Source: an uncultured Thermoleophilia bacterium
GTDB lineage: Bacteria; Actinomycetota; Thermoleophilia; UBA2241
NCBI GenBank assembly: GCA_963808735.1
Contig: CAWEHE010000011.1
Coordinates: forward strand, 105,607-169,606
Length of the DNA stretch: 64,000 nt
Direction of reading: 5' to 3'
The position numbers were made by a program, and so were the translations under genes. Below, in pieces: positions 28,149 to 37,251 of the stretch. Each line of letters opens with the position of its first letter. The first letter of the stretch is position 1. Under the pieces are notes generated by a model. The model was not told the origin of the DNA. It worked only from the letters and a program-made list of their open reading frames with translations, and searched no databases.

Positions 28149-29018
28149 TCATGTCCACAATGTCGCCGCGATCACGACCGCGCCATACAGGAGACCCACG
28201 GCTCCGTTGACCGTCATGAAGCTCATGCCCACCCGGTCCAGGCCCCGCCTCGCAATGTCCACGTGAGGCCACGCCAGGAGAGCCGTCACGGCTGCCAGCC
28301 CAACCCAGTAGATGAGCCCGAGGTCGGACACGACCCCCACCGCGATGAGCAGTGCGACGGCCGCGACGTGCGAGACCTCGGCGACGATCAAGGCGCCGCG
28401 AACGCCGACTGCCACGGGCACCGAATGCAGCCCGTTTCGCCGGTCGAAGTCGAGGTCGAAGATGGCGTAGATGACGTCGAAGCCGCCGACCCACAGCCCC
28501 ACGGCGAAGAACAGCAGCCACGGCACCGTACCGAGGCGGCCGCTCACCGCCAGCCAGGCGGCCGCCGGAGCAAGCCCCAGCGTGAGTCCCAGGGCGTAGT
28601 GGCAGAACCAGGTGAAACGCTTCGTGTACGGATACAGCACGAAGGCCGCAAGGGGGATCGGCCAGAGATACCGGCACGGCTCGGAGAGCTGGAACGCCGA
28701 CAGCACCAGCAGACTCACCGACACGAGCGTGAAGAGCCAGACCTCACGCCGCCCGAGGCGACCGGCCGGCAGCTCGCGCGCGGCGGTGCGCGGGTTGCGC
28801 GCATCCACTTCCGCGTCGATCAGCCGGTTGAGAGCCATGGCCGCGCTGCGAGCCCCGACCATGGCGAGCGTGATCCACAGAAGCTGTGACCACGTGGGCG
28901 CGCCGCCGGCCGCCAGGAACGCGCCCGCGTAGGCGAACGGCAGAGCGTAGACGCTGTGCTCGACCTTGACGAGCCTGGCGAAGAGTGCGGCTTTGGAGCC
29001 GGAGACGCTCCCGGGCAC
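28149..29018 (-). CDS. ubiA: UbiA-family prenyltransferase (MqnP-type)
   Basis: VKVEHSVYALPFAY, MVGARSAAMALNRLIDAEVDARNPRTAARELP, YPYTKRFT, GFDVIYA. Confidence 0.93.
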   Translation of the reverse strand: MPGSVSGSKAALFARLVKVEHSVYALPFAYAGAFLAAGGAPTWSQLLWITLAMVGARSAAMALNRLIDAEVDARNPRTAARELPAGRLGRREVWLFTLVSVSLLVLSAFQLSEPCRYLWPIPLAAFVLYPYTKRFTWFCHYALGLTLGLAPAAAWLAVSGRLGTVPWLLFFAVGLWVGGFDVIYAIFDLDFDRRNGLHSVPVAVGVRGALIVAEVSHVAAVALLIAVGVVSDLGLIYWVGLAAVTALLAWPHVDIARRGLDRVGMSFMTVNGAVGLLYGAVVIAATLWT

Positions 29019-29034
29019 GCCCGCTGGATCCCGG

Positions 29035-29785
29035 TCAGCCTGCGTCGGCGGTGGAAGAGCTGCCCTTGTCGCCGGGGGCCGTCGGCCGGCCCGCGGCGGG
29101 CTTCTCGTCTGCGGGCTTGGCCGCCTCTGGCTTGGCGACCTCGGACCTGGACGACTCGGGCTTGGCCGCGGCGGGCTTCTCCGCTTCTGGCTTGGCCGCC
29201 TCGGGCTTGGCCGCCTCGGGCTTGGCCGCCTCCGGCTTGGCCGCTTCTGACTTGGCCGCCTCGGACTTGGCCGCTTCTGACTTGGCCGCCTCCGGCCTGG
29301 GCGACTTCTGGCTTGGCAGCTTCCGGCTTGGCCTCGGACTTGACCGCTTCAGCCTTGGCCGCCTCAGCCGAGACTGCCGCCGCCGGCTTCGCGGCCTCGG
29401 GCTCGGTCGCCGGCTCGTCGGCAACCGGGCCGTCCTCCGCCGGGACTGCCCCCGGCCCGCCCTCCGCCGGCCCGTCCTCCTGGTCGCCGCCCTCCCGCTC
29501 GTCCGCCTCGTCGCCGGGCTCCGGGGCCGGAGGACGGTGCGCGAACTTCTCCAGCAGGTAGCTCAGGATCGCGACGATGGCCGCGATCAGGCCGATCACG
29601 AACAACACCGAGTAGACGATGAGGCTGGCCGGCGACGTGATGCCCAGGAACGCGCTGGTCGACCACGCGACGGCGGCGATCCCCCAGTTGATCAGCGACA
29701 GTCTCAGGAGGAAGCGGCGTGCGCGCTTGTCACGCTCGCTGGCCTCCTGGTGCGCTTGTCTCGATCCGAGTGGGGCAGTCATCAC
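29035..29785 (-). CDS. Two-TM membrane protein with a long acidic, EAAK(P/S)-repeat tail, frameshift near 29300
   Basis: N-terminal part of track ORF 28820..29785 joined to the C-terminal part of ORF 29035..29424. Confidence 0.7.
29113..29400 (-). repeat. Imperfect 15-nt tandem repeat encoding EAAK[P/S]
   Basis: Plus strand shows repeated (g/a)cttggccgc(c/t)tc units, about 15 degenerate copies. Confidence 0.85.
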
Positions 29786-31567
29786 TCAGTCCAGTACCGA
29801 CCAGATGATGAACGCCGTCATGAGCAGCGCCGAGAACCCCATCACCGCGGTGATGATCCACCAGATGCTGTCGGCGAACATCGTCTTCCACGTGACGGTC
29901 CTCTCCACGAGGACCTCGTCGAGTGTACCCTCCCGCACGCGGCGGGCGTACTCGAGCGGCCGCTCTTCGCGGTAGTGCCCGACGGGCAGCGTGCCGGTGA
30001 AGATGACCTTGTCGATGGGGAACGACTCCGGGCGCAAATGGGCGCTGAAGAAGTGCACGAAGATGAAGATGACGCCCATCGCGAGCAGCGCCTCGTTCGA
30101 GTGGATCACGATGGCGATGTTCAGGAAGACGCCCGGCAGGTACTCGGTCGTCTTGAGCGGGAACCACATCATGAAGCCCGTGAGGCCGATGATGACCGTG
30201 CCGATGGCCAGCGAGATGTAATCGAACTTCTCCCAGTAGGTGTAGCGGTCGAACTGCGGCTTCGGCCCCTTGCCGAAGAACCAGGCGAACATGCCGACCA
30301 TGTCCTCCAGGTCCTTCTTGCCGAACATCATGGAGCCGGGGCCGCGCAGGTTCTTGCCGCGGCGGCGAACGACCATGACGATCATGAAGAGCATCTCCGC
30401 GCTCCAATAGACGACGGTCACGATCGCGGCCAGCCGGTGGTAGATGCCCGCCGCCGTGACGCCTCCGAAGAAGTCCATGAACCACTGCGCCCAGGCGGTG
30501 TCCTTGTACTTGAGCGGCATGCCGGTGAACACGAGCACGGTGAAGCTGACGATGACGAGAAAGTGCATCCAGCGGTGGAAGAGATTGAAGCGCCGGTACT
30601 CGACGCGCTTGTCACCCCGGCGGTCCCGCCCGGGGTGGTGGCTGCGCGAGTACAGCCCTTCCTTGGCGCCGCGATAGATGTACAGGCTCGTGTGCACCGC
30701 GGCGAAGGTGAATACCACGGCGATGAGCATGACGTAGGCCATCCAGAAGAACCAGACCAGCCACGACGAGCGCGGGTCCTGAGGATTGACGTGCACGTCG
30801 AAGTCGGCGAAGTTCGCGTTGGCCCCCGGGTGGCAGCGGGCGCACGTCTCGACGATGTTGGCGTCGGAGACTGAGCTCTCCGGGTCCGAGGCGGGCAGGA
30901 TGCGGTGACCCCCGTGACAATCGGTGCACACGGCGGCGTTCTCGTCGCCGAGCAGGTAGGCCTTACCGTGGTAGCTGTCGAGGAAGGTGTCCTCCTTGCC
31001 GCCGTGGCAGCGCGTGCACATCGCCATCTGGGTGGCGCGGAACTCCGGGGTGCCCGGGGAGAGGATGTTGTGCGCCTCGTGGCAGTCGGCGCAGAGCGGC
31101 GCCTTGTCGCGATCATCAGTGAACGACAGGGCCCCGTGGAATGAGCCCTGGTACATGCGGGCTTCCTCGCCGTGGCAGTCGCCGCAGGCGGTGAACTTGG
31201 CCGTCCTCAGCCAGTCCTGGGTGACGCTCTCCGGGTGCGTGCCGGCGTTGAAGCCGATATGGCAGCTGATGCAGGCCAGCTTGCCGTGGCGGGAGGCGCC
31301 CTGATGCGCCCGGTCGACGTAGAGGCTCCTCTTCTGGCCGTTCACGTCGATGTACGCCGGCACCTGCTCGCCGTCGACGGTGATCGTGCCGTCGACCGGC
31401 TTCTGCCCGTGGCATTCGAAGCAGGCGTCGTTCTGGTTGGCGCTGAGCGCTTCGCCGCCGGATCCCGTCGGACTCGCCGCCACGGCGACGCCGGACAGCA
31501 GAGCGACGCTTCCGATGACGGCGACGCACGTGAGCGCCAAGGCCAGGCCGGCGCGGCGGAAGGTCAC
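29786..31567 (-). CDS. CbcL-like cytochrome c/b fusion (7 CxxCH plus dihaem b membrane domain)
   Basis: Signal peptide, 7 CxxCH, then RRFNLFHRWMH, TGMPLKY, FDRYTYWEKFDY, HSNEALLA, HFFSAHLRPESFP. GTG start overlaps the upstream stop. Confidence 0.92.
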   Translation of the reverse strand: MTFRRAGLALALTCVAVIGSVALLSGVAVAASPTGSGGEALSANQNDACFECHGQKPVDGTITVDGEQVPAYIDVNGQKRSLYVDRAHQGASRHGKLACISCHIGFNAGTHPESVTQDWLRTAKFTACGDCHGEEARMYQGSFHGALSFTDDRDKAPLCADCHEAHNILSPGTPEFRATQMAMCTRCHGGKEDTFLDSYHGKAYLLGDENAAVCTDCHGGHRILPASDPESSVSDANIVETCARCHPGANANFADFDVHVNPQDPRSSWLVWFFWMAYVMLIAVVFTFAAVHTSLYIYRGAKEGLYSRSHHPGRDRRGDKRVEYRRFNLFHRWMHFLVIVSFTVLVFTGMPLKYKDTAWAQWFMDFFGGVTAAGIYHRLAAIVTVVYWSAEMLFMIVMVVRRRGKNLRGPGSMMFGKKDLEDMVGMFAWFFGKGPKPQFDRYTYWEKFDYISLAIGTVIIGLTGFMMWFPLKTTEYLPGVFLNIAIVIHSNEALLAMGVIFIFVHFFSAHLRPESFPIDKVIFTGTLPVGHYREERPLEYARRVREGTLDEVLVERTVTWKTMFADSIWWIITAVMGFSALLMTAFIIWSVLD

Positions 31568-32508
31568 GGCGTCACTCCGTTCTGCTCGTGGCACGCGTCG
31601 CACATCCCCTGTGGATGGCACACCAGACAGGCGCTCGGGCCCTTCTTGGCGATGGTCCCGTGGTAGTCCTGCCAGCCGGAGGGGTGGCTCACGGCGTGAC
31701 ACTGATCGCAGTAGGCCTGGTCGTGGCAGGCCTCACAGTTCGCGGGATCGTCCTTGGCGTCGGCGCCGTGCATGTAGCGCCACCTGCCGGAGTAGTGCGA
31801 TGCGGGCGGGAGCTCGTGGCACTTGTCGCAGAACTCCTGCTTGTCGTGGTGGCAGCGCAGGCAGTTCGCCTCGTTCACGAGCGCCTTCTGGCCGTGATCC
31901 TTCATGAAGTCCGGTGCGTGCTCGCTGGCCGGCGGGGCCGCGTGGCAGAAACTGCAGTCGTCCGGCGCGCCCTGCTCGTTGTGACACATGGTGCAGGTGA
32001 CCATGCGCACACCTTGTTGCTGGCCCGGCCGCTTGTGCGAGACGGTGTTGTGACAGTCGGTGCACAGCAGGCCGCGCATCTCGAGGTGCTGCTCGTGGTT
32101 CATGCGCACGCCGTCGGTCTCGCTGGGGATCTCGGTCACCGGGTGGCAGGTGAGGCAGTTGGCGTTGGCGGGAAGGTGCTCCCGGCCACTTGAGCTCGGC
32201 ATGCCCAGGTAGTCGGCCCACACGTTCTTGGCCTCGCGCAGGCGCCAACGGGACGCCGCCGCGACGCCGGGCGGGATGTGACATTCGGTGCACGTGACGT
32301 AGCTGTGGGAGGAGTCGGCGTGCGTCGCTGCGGCCGGCTTCATCGCCTTGCAGGACGTGCAGTACGACTCGGAGTCCATGGCGGCGACGGGCAGCACGAG
32401 GATGGCCACGAAGATGAATGCGATGGAGATGGCGACGACCCAGGCGAACCACGTCGTGCGGTACCAGACGCGCGGCGCGGGCCGATGGCGATGGTTTCTC
32501 TCAGCCAA
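31564..32508 (-). CDS. NapC/NrfH-like dodecahaem cytochrome c (CxxCK plus 11 CxxCH)
   Basis: TM anchor, YCTSCKAMK, SSHSYVTCTECH; co-linear paralogue of 27054-28016. Confidence 0.9.
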   Translation of the reverse strand: MAERNHRHRPAPRVWYRTTWFAWVVAISIAFIFVAILVLPVAAMDSESYCTSCKAMKPAAATHADSSHSYVTCTECHIPPGVAAASRWRLREAKNVWADYLGMPSSSGREHLPANANCLTCHPVTEIPSETDGVRMNHEQHLEMRGLLCTDCHNTVSHKRPGQQQGVRMVTCTMCHNEQGAPDDCSFCHAAPPASEHAPDFMKDHGQKALVNEANCLRCHHDKQEFCDKCHELPPASHYSGRWRYMHGADAKDDPANCEACHDQAYCDQCHAVSHPSGWQDYHGTIAKKGPSACLVCHPQGMCDACHEQNGVTP

Positions 32509-32587
32509 GAAGAGTGACTCCCGTGGACTCGGCTCTCACGAACCCTGCGCGGCAGACCCCTCGTCCTGGCCGCCCAGGCTGGCGCGG

Positions 32588-32596
32588 ATTGTACCA
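32588..32596 (-). promoter_or_regulatory. Extended -10 promoter element for cytochrome module 1
   Basis: TGGTACAAT on the minus strand between ubiD and the first cytochrome gene. Confidence 0.55.
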
Positions 32597-32652
32597 CCCC
32601 CCGTATGTGCCCGCCACACGCGCGCGGGCGTCGCGGCGGCTCGCGGAGGCGG

Positions 32653-34089
32653 TCAGGCGAACGGCAGGCCGAACTCCGCCCAGCGCTCGTTGACACGGCG
32701 GACGACGGCCGGGTCCATGGCGAGCTCCTCCGGCCACTCGCGCTGGTGCCCCTCGTCGGGCCACGACTTGGTGGCGTCGATGCCCATCTTGGCGCCGTAG
32801 CGCGCCGTCGGGCTCGAGTGGTCGAGCACGTCGAGGGGGCCGCGCGAGATGACGCAGTCCCGCTCCGGGTCGACGTTGTTGAACACGCGCCACGTGACCT
32901 CGCTGTAGTCGTGCACGTCGACGTGCTCGTCGACCACGACGACGAACTTGGTGAACATCATCTGGCCCATGCCCCACACCGCGCTCATGATCTTGCGCGC
33001 GTGGCCGGGGTACTCCTTGCGGATGCTGATGATGGCGCAGTCGTGGAAGACGCCCTCGATGGGCAGGTCCATGTCGACGATCTCGGGCTGCACGAGCTGC
33101 AGCAGCGGCAGGAAGAGGCGCTCGGTGGCCTTGCCGAGGTAGGCGTCCTCCATCGGCGGCTTGCCGACGATGGTCGCCGGGTAGATGGGGTCGCGGCGGT
33201 GACTCATGGCGGTGAGGTGGAACACCGGGTACTGGTCGGCGAGCGAGTAGTAGCCGGTGTGGTCGCCGAACGGCCCCTCGAGCCGCGTCTCGCCCTTCTC
33301 GACGTAGCCCTCGAGGACGATCTCGGCGTCGGCCGGCACGGAGAGGTCGACGGTGGCGCACTGCGCCATCTCCACCGGCTCGCCGCGGAGGAAGCCGGCG
33401 AACATGAACTCGCTGATGCCCGGCGGGAGCGGAGCCGTGGCGGCATACGTGACCGCCGGGTCGGTGCCCAGGGCGACCGCGACCTCCATGCGGTCGCCGG
33501 CTTCGCGGAAGTTGGCGGCGCCGTCGTGGTGGATGTGGATGTGCATGCCGGTGGTCTGGCCGTCGAAGACCTGGAGCCGGTACATGCCGGCGTTCTGGCG
33601 GCCCTGCTGGTCTTTGGTCACGACGATCGGCAGCGTGATGAAGGGGCCGCCGTCGCCGGGCCACGTGGTGAGCACCGGCAGGCGCGCGAGGTCCGGCGGG
33701 TCGACGACGACCTCGCGGAAGGCGGCCTTCTTGCCGTATTTGGGGCCGTAGGAGGCGAGCTCCTTGAGCTGGCCGAGCGCCTTGACCTTGCCGACGAGGC
33801 CACTCGGCACCTGCAGTTCCAGCAGCCCGCCGATGCGCCTGGCGATGTCGTCGAGCGGCGCGCCCAGGGCCAGCTCGAGACGGCGGTACGAGCCGAGCTG
33901 GTTCATGAGGACCGGCACGGCGGGCTGGCCTGCCGGTCGCCTCGGCTGCTCGAACAGCACGGCCGGACCGTGCGCCTTGCTGGCGCGGTCGGCGATCTCC
34001 GCCATCTCGAGATAGGGGTCGACCTCGGGGCGCACGCGGGCCAGCTCGCCCTCGCGTTCCAGCAGACTGATGAAGGCACGCAGGTCCAC
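32653..34089 (-). CDS. ubiD: Menaquinone-biosynthesis UbiD-family decarboxylase
   Basis: DLRAFISLLEREGEL, WPGDGGPFITLP, NAGMYRLQ, EGPFGDHTGYY, GKPPMED, KMGIDAT. Confidence 0.95.
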   Translation of the reverse strand: MDLRAFISLLEREGELARVRPEVDPYLEMAEIADRASKAHGPAVLFEQPRRPAGQPAVPVLMNQLGSYRRLELALGAPLDDIARRIGGLLELQVPSGLVGKVKALGQLKELASYGPKYGKKAAFREVVVDPPDLARLPVLTTWPGDGGPFITLPIVVTKDQQGRQNAGMYRLQVFDGQTTGMHIHIHHDGAANFREAGDRMEVAVALGTDPAVTYAATAPLPPGISEFMFAGFLRGEPVEMAQCATVDLSVPADAEIVLEGYVEKGETRLEGPFGDHTGYYSLADQYPVFHLTAMSHRRDPIYPATIVGKPPMEDAYLGKATERLFLPLLQLVQPEIVDMDLPIEGVFHDCAIISIRKEYPGHARKIMSAVWGMGQMMFTKFVVVVDEHVDVHDYSEVTWRVFNNVDPERDCVISRGPLDVLDHSSPTARYGAKMGIDATKSWPDEGHQREWPEELAMDPAVVRRVNERWAEFGLPFA

Positions 34090-34091
34090 GG

Positions 34092-34676
34092 TCACCTCCC
34101 GGCGACGGCTTCGAGCTCGCGCAGCAGCGGAGCGGGATCGGGCAGATCGAGGCGGGTCGCGGCGCGCGCGACGGCGGCCGGCACGTCCGCTGGAGGAGAC
34201 GCATGGAAGCCGGCGTCGACCTCGTCGAAGAGCGCGCCCACTGCCTCCGACGCCGCGCCGGCGTGCTGGGCGGCGATGCCGGCCACGGCGTAGGCCCAGA
34301 GCGCATCGTCGTCGGCGAACGCAGCGCCGGCGCTGCGCAGGTACGAGCACGCCGCCATGAGACGGGCGAGCAGGCCGACGGCGTCGGCGTCCCCGCGCGT
34401 GGCGATGCCGCGCAGGCCGCGCGCGTAGTAGCAGTCCCCGGCCAGCAGCCGGGTCTCCAGATCGTCCGCCGCGAGCGCCAGGGCGCGGCTCTCGCGGTAG
34501 TGCAGCAGGTAGCCCTCGTAGATCAGCTCGATGTCGGTCGCGAACCCGTCGTCGGCGTCGGCATCGAGCGCTGCGTACAACGCTCCCCAGCGCGGAGCGG
34601 GAGCGGCGGCCGGCGCCGGGCCGAAGGCCTCCCCGGCCGCCGCCAGCGCCGCGGCCAAGCCGGCGGCGAGGTCCAC
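34092..34676 (-). CDS. Hypothetical protein, possibly a prenyl-synthase small subunit (HepS-like)
   Basis: Coupled between rex and ubiD; ELIYEGYLLHY...LLAGDCYYARGL resembles isoprenoid-synthase helices but lacks DDxxD. Confidence 0.6.
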   Translation of the reverse strand: MDLAAGLAAALAAAGEAFGPAPAAAPAPRWGALYAALDADADDGFATDIELIYEGYLLHYRESRALALAADDLETRLLAGDCYYARGLRGIATRGDADAVGLLARLMAACSYLRSAGAAFADDDALWAYAVAGIAAQHAGAASEAVGALFDEVDAGFHASPPADVPAAVARAATRLDLPDPAPLLRELEAVAGR

Positions 34677-34678
34677 GG

Positions 34679-35329
34679 TCAGGCCTGTTCCCGGTCGAGG
34701 TAGAAGGACAGCGACATCAGCTCGCTGGAGAGGTCGACCTGGCGCACCAGCATGCCCTCGGGGGCGTGCACCTTGATGGGCGCGAAGTTGAGAACGGCCC
34801 TGACGCCGGCCGCACCGAGCCGCTGGACCGTGCTCTCGGCCTCGGCGGCCGGCACGGTGACCATGGCGATGTCGACCCTCTCCTTGCGGCAGAACTCGTC
34901 CAGCTCGTGCACGCCGCGCACGCGGCTTTCCTCGCTCGAGCCGTAGCGGGCGCCGACGACCGTCGCCGAGCTGTCGAACATGCCGACGAGGCGGAAGCCC
35001 TGCTCGCCGAAGCCGCGGTAGCGAGCCAGCGCCGTGCCGAGCAGACCGGCTCCCACGATGACCACGTTCCAGGTGTGATCCAGCCCAAGGCAGCGCGTGA
35101 TCTCGTCGACGAGGACGGGCACCTCGTAGCCCACCCCGCGGGTGCCGAACTCCCCGAAGTAGGAGAAGTCCTTGCGGATCTGCGCCGCGTTCAGGTCGAT
35201 CATCTCGGCGAGGTCCTTGGACGAGACCCTGTCGACTCCCCGGGCGCGCAGCTCGCGCAGCTTGCGCAAGTACAGCGAGAGGCGCGGCACGGTGACGCTG
35301 GGGACCTTCTTCCTGTCGAAGTCGCGCAT
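34679..35329 (-). CDS. rex: Redox-sensing transcriptional repressor Rex
   Basis: RLSLYLR, VSSKDLA, QIRKDFSYFGEFGTRGVGYEV, IVGAGLLG, LNFAP. Confidence 0.95.
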   Translation of the reverse strand: MRDFDRKKVPSVTVPRLSLYLRKLRELRARGVDRVSSKDLAEMIDLNAAQIRKDFSYFGEFGTRGVGYEVPVLVDEITRCLGLDHTWNVVIVGAGLLGTALARYRGFGEQGFRLVGMFDSSATVVGARYGSSEESRVRGVHELDEFCRKERVDIAMVTVPAAEAESTVQRLGAAGVRAVLNFAPIKVHAPEGMLVRQVDLSSELMSLSFYLDREQA

Positions 35330-35331
35330 CT

Positions 35332-36624
35332 TCAGGCCTCCACTCCCGCGAACCAGTCGGCCGCGGCCGCGGCCGCGAGCTCGAGGTCGTCGTCGGTGAG
35401 CGCCAGCGAGATCATCGCCGCCTCGAACTGCGACGGCGCGAGGTACACGCCGCGCTCCAGCATGTGCCGCCAGTAGGAGGCGAACGCGGTCGTGTCGGCG
35501 CCCTTGGCCTCCGCGAAGCTCCGCACCGGACCCTCGCAGAAGAACATCGTGAGCATCGGGCCGACGCGGTTGATGGTGACCGCGCGACCGGCGGCGCCGG
35601 CGGCCGCGCGCAGGCTCTCCTCGACGCGGGCGCCGGCCGCCTCGAGGCGCTCGTACACGTTGGGCTCGGCGAGCACTCTCAGCGTCGCCGCGCCGGCCGC
35701 CATGGCCAGCGGATTCCCGGACAGCGTGCCGGCCTGGTAGGTGGAGCCGAGCGGCGCCACGGTCTCCATGAGCTCGCGGCGCCCCCCGAAAGCGCCCACG
35801 GGAAGCCCGCCGCCGATGATCTTGCCCAGGGTCGTGAGGTCGGGCATGACCCCGAACCGCTCCTGGGCGCCTCCCCACGCGACGCGGAAGCCGGTGATGA
35901 CCTCGTCGAAGACGAGCACCGCACCGTGCTGCGTGCACAGCGCCCGGCAGGCCTCGAGGAACCCGGGCTGCGGCGGCACGACGCCCATGTTGCCGGCGAC
36001 GGGTTCGACGATGAGCGCCGCGATCTCCTCGCCGCGCGCCGCGAAGAGCTCGGTCAGCGCGGCGACGTCGTTGTACTCCACGAGCAGGGTGTCGGCGGTC
36101 GTGCCTTTGGTGACGCCGGGGCTGTCGGGCAGCGCGAGCGTGAGCACGCCGCTGCCGGCGGCGGCCAGGAAGGCGTCGGAGTGGCCGTGGTAGCAGCCGA
36201 TGAACTTGACGATCTTCTCGCGGCCGGTGAAGCCGCGGGCGACGCGCACGGCGCTCATCGTCGCCTCTGTACCGGAGTTCACCATGCGCACGAGGTCGAC
36301 CGACGGGACGGCCTCGCAGATGAGGCGCGCCAGCTCGACCTCGAGCTCGGTCGGCGCGCCGTAGCTGGTGCCCAGGTCCACCTGGGCCTTGAGCCGGCCC
36401 ACGACCTCGGGGTGCCCCCAGCCGAGGATCATGGGGCCCCACGAGGACACGAAGTCGACGAACTCGTTGCCGTCGGCGTCCCAGAGGTGACTGCGCTCCG
36501 CACGCGTGACGAAGAGCGGGTGCGGCATGCCGACACCCTTCATCGCGCGGACCGGCGAGTTCACGCCTCCGGGGATGTACTTGAGCGCCTCTTCGAAGAG
36601 GCGAGCGGACGTTGCGGTGTTCAC
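35332..36624 (-). CDS. hemL: Glutamate-1-semialdehyde 2,1-aminomutase
   Basis: PGGVNSPVRA, RMVNSGTEATMSA, GCYHGHSD, FDEVITGFR, GKIIGGGLPVGAFGG, QAGTLSGNP. Confidence 0.97.
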   Translation of the reverse strand: MNTATSARLFEEALKYIPGGVNSPVRAMKGVGMPHPLFVTRAERSHLWDADGNEFVDFVSSWGPMILGWGHPEVVGRLKAQVDLGTSYGAPTELEVELARLICEAVPSVDLVRMVNSGTEATMSAVRVARGFTGREKIVKFIGCYHGHSDAFLAAAGSGVLTLALPDSPGVTKGTTADTLLVEYNDVAALTELFAARGEEIAALIVEPVAGNMGVVPPQPGFLEACRALCTQHGAVLVFDEVITGFRVAWGGAQERFGVMPDLTTLGKIIGGGLPVGAFGGRRELMETVAPLGSTYQAGTLSGNPLAMAAGAATLRVLAEPNVYERLEAAGARVEESLRAAAGAAGRAVTINRVGPMLTMFFCEGPVRSFAEAKGADTTAFASYWRHMLERGVYLAPSQFEAAMISLALTDDDLELAAAAAADWFAGVEA

Positions 36625-36803
36625 CCGGGTCCTCCCTGCGAGTGAGAATGCCTGTGCAGGCTGTGGACTATACTACGCGCCGCCGCGCGGCATGTGCGTC
36701 GGTACACAACCTACCCGCCATTCGCGAAGGCGCATCCCCACAGGAAGAAGCGGACGGCCGCCGAACGGCTGAGCAAGCAGCCACCCGGCCCGAGGAGCGC
36801 GCC

Positions 36804-37244
36804 ATGCCAGTGACCATCCGCCACGCCTGCCCCGGTGACGAACCGGCCATCGTGCGCCTCGTCCGCGAGATGGCCGAGGGCGAGGGAGACGTCTCGGCGA
36901 CCGACGAGCACTACGTCCGGCACTTCCTCGCCTCGCCGGTCAGCGGCGCGCTCCTCGCCGAGGACGGCGCGGACGCCGTCGGCCTGCTCAGCTACGCCAT
37001 CGTGCCGGGGCTGTTCCACACCGCGGACTCCGGGCTCATCGAGCTGCTGGTCGTGACCAGCGCCCGAAGGAGCGAAGGGATCGGGCGCCGTCTCGTCGAG
37101 ACGGCGCTGCGCGTCTTTCGCGAAGCCGGCTGCGCCGAGGCTTCGGTGAGCACCGGCGCCGACAACCAGGCGGCGCAGAAGGCCTACTGCGACGCCGGCC
37201 TCACGGAGGCGTCGGTCCTGCTCGAGACGCACTTCGAGGCGTGA
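36804..37244 (+). CDS. GNAT acetyltransferase
   Basis: LVVTSARRSEGIGRRL, NQAAQKAY. Confidence 0.8.
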   Translation: MPVTIRHACPGDEPAIVRLVREMAEGEGDVSATDEHYVRHFLASPVSGALLAEDGADAVGLLSYAIVPGLFHTADSGLIELLVVTSARRSEGIGRRLVETALRVFREAGCAEASVSTGADNQAAQKAYCDAGLTEASVLLETHFEA

Positions 37245-37251
37245 CCCGCTG

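Noticed and set aside
29113-29400. 15-nt tandem array considered as CRISPR or a non-coding VNTR
   Set aside because: No unique spacers, and variation is concentrated at synonymous positions of an EAAK[P/S] frame.
23124-32508. CxxCK proteins interpreted as NrfA nitrite reductase
   Set aside because: The architecture is TM-anchored NapC/NrfH-like with dihaem repeats. NrfA haem spacing and its long helical C-terminus are absent.
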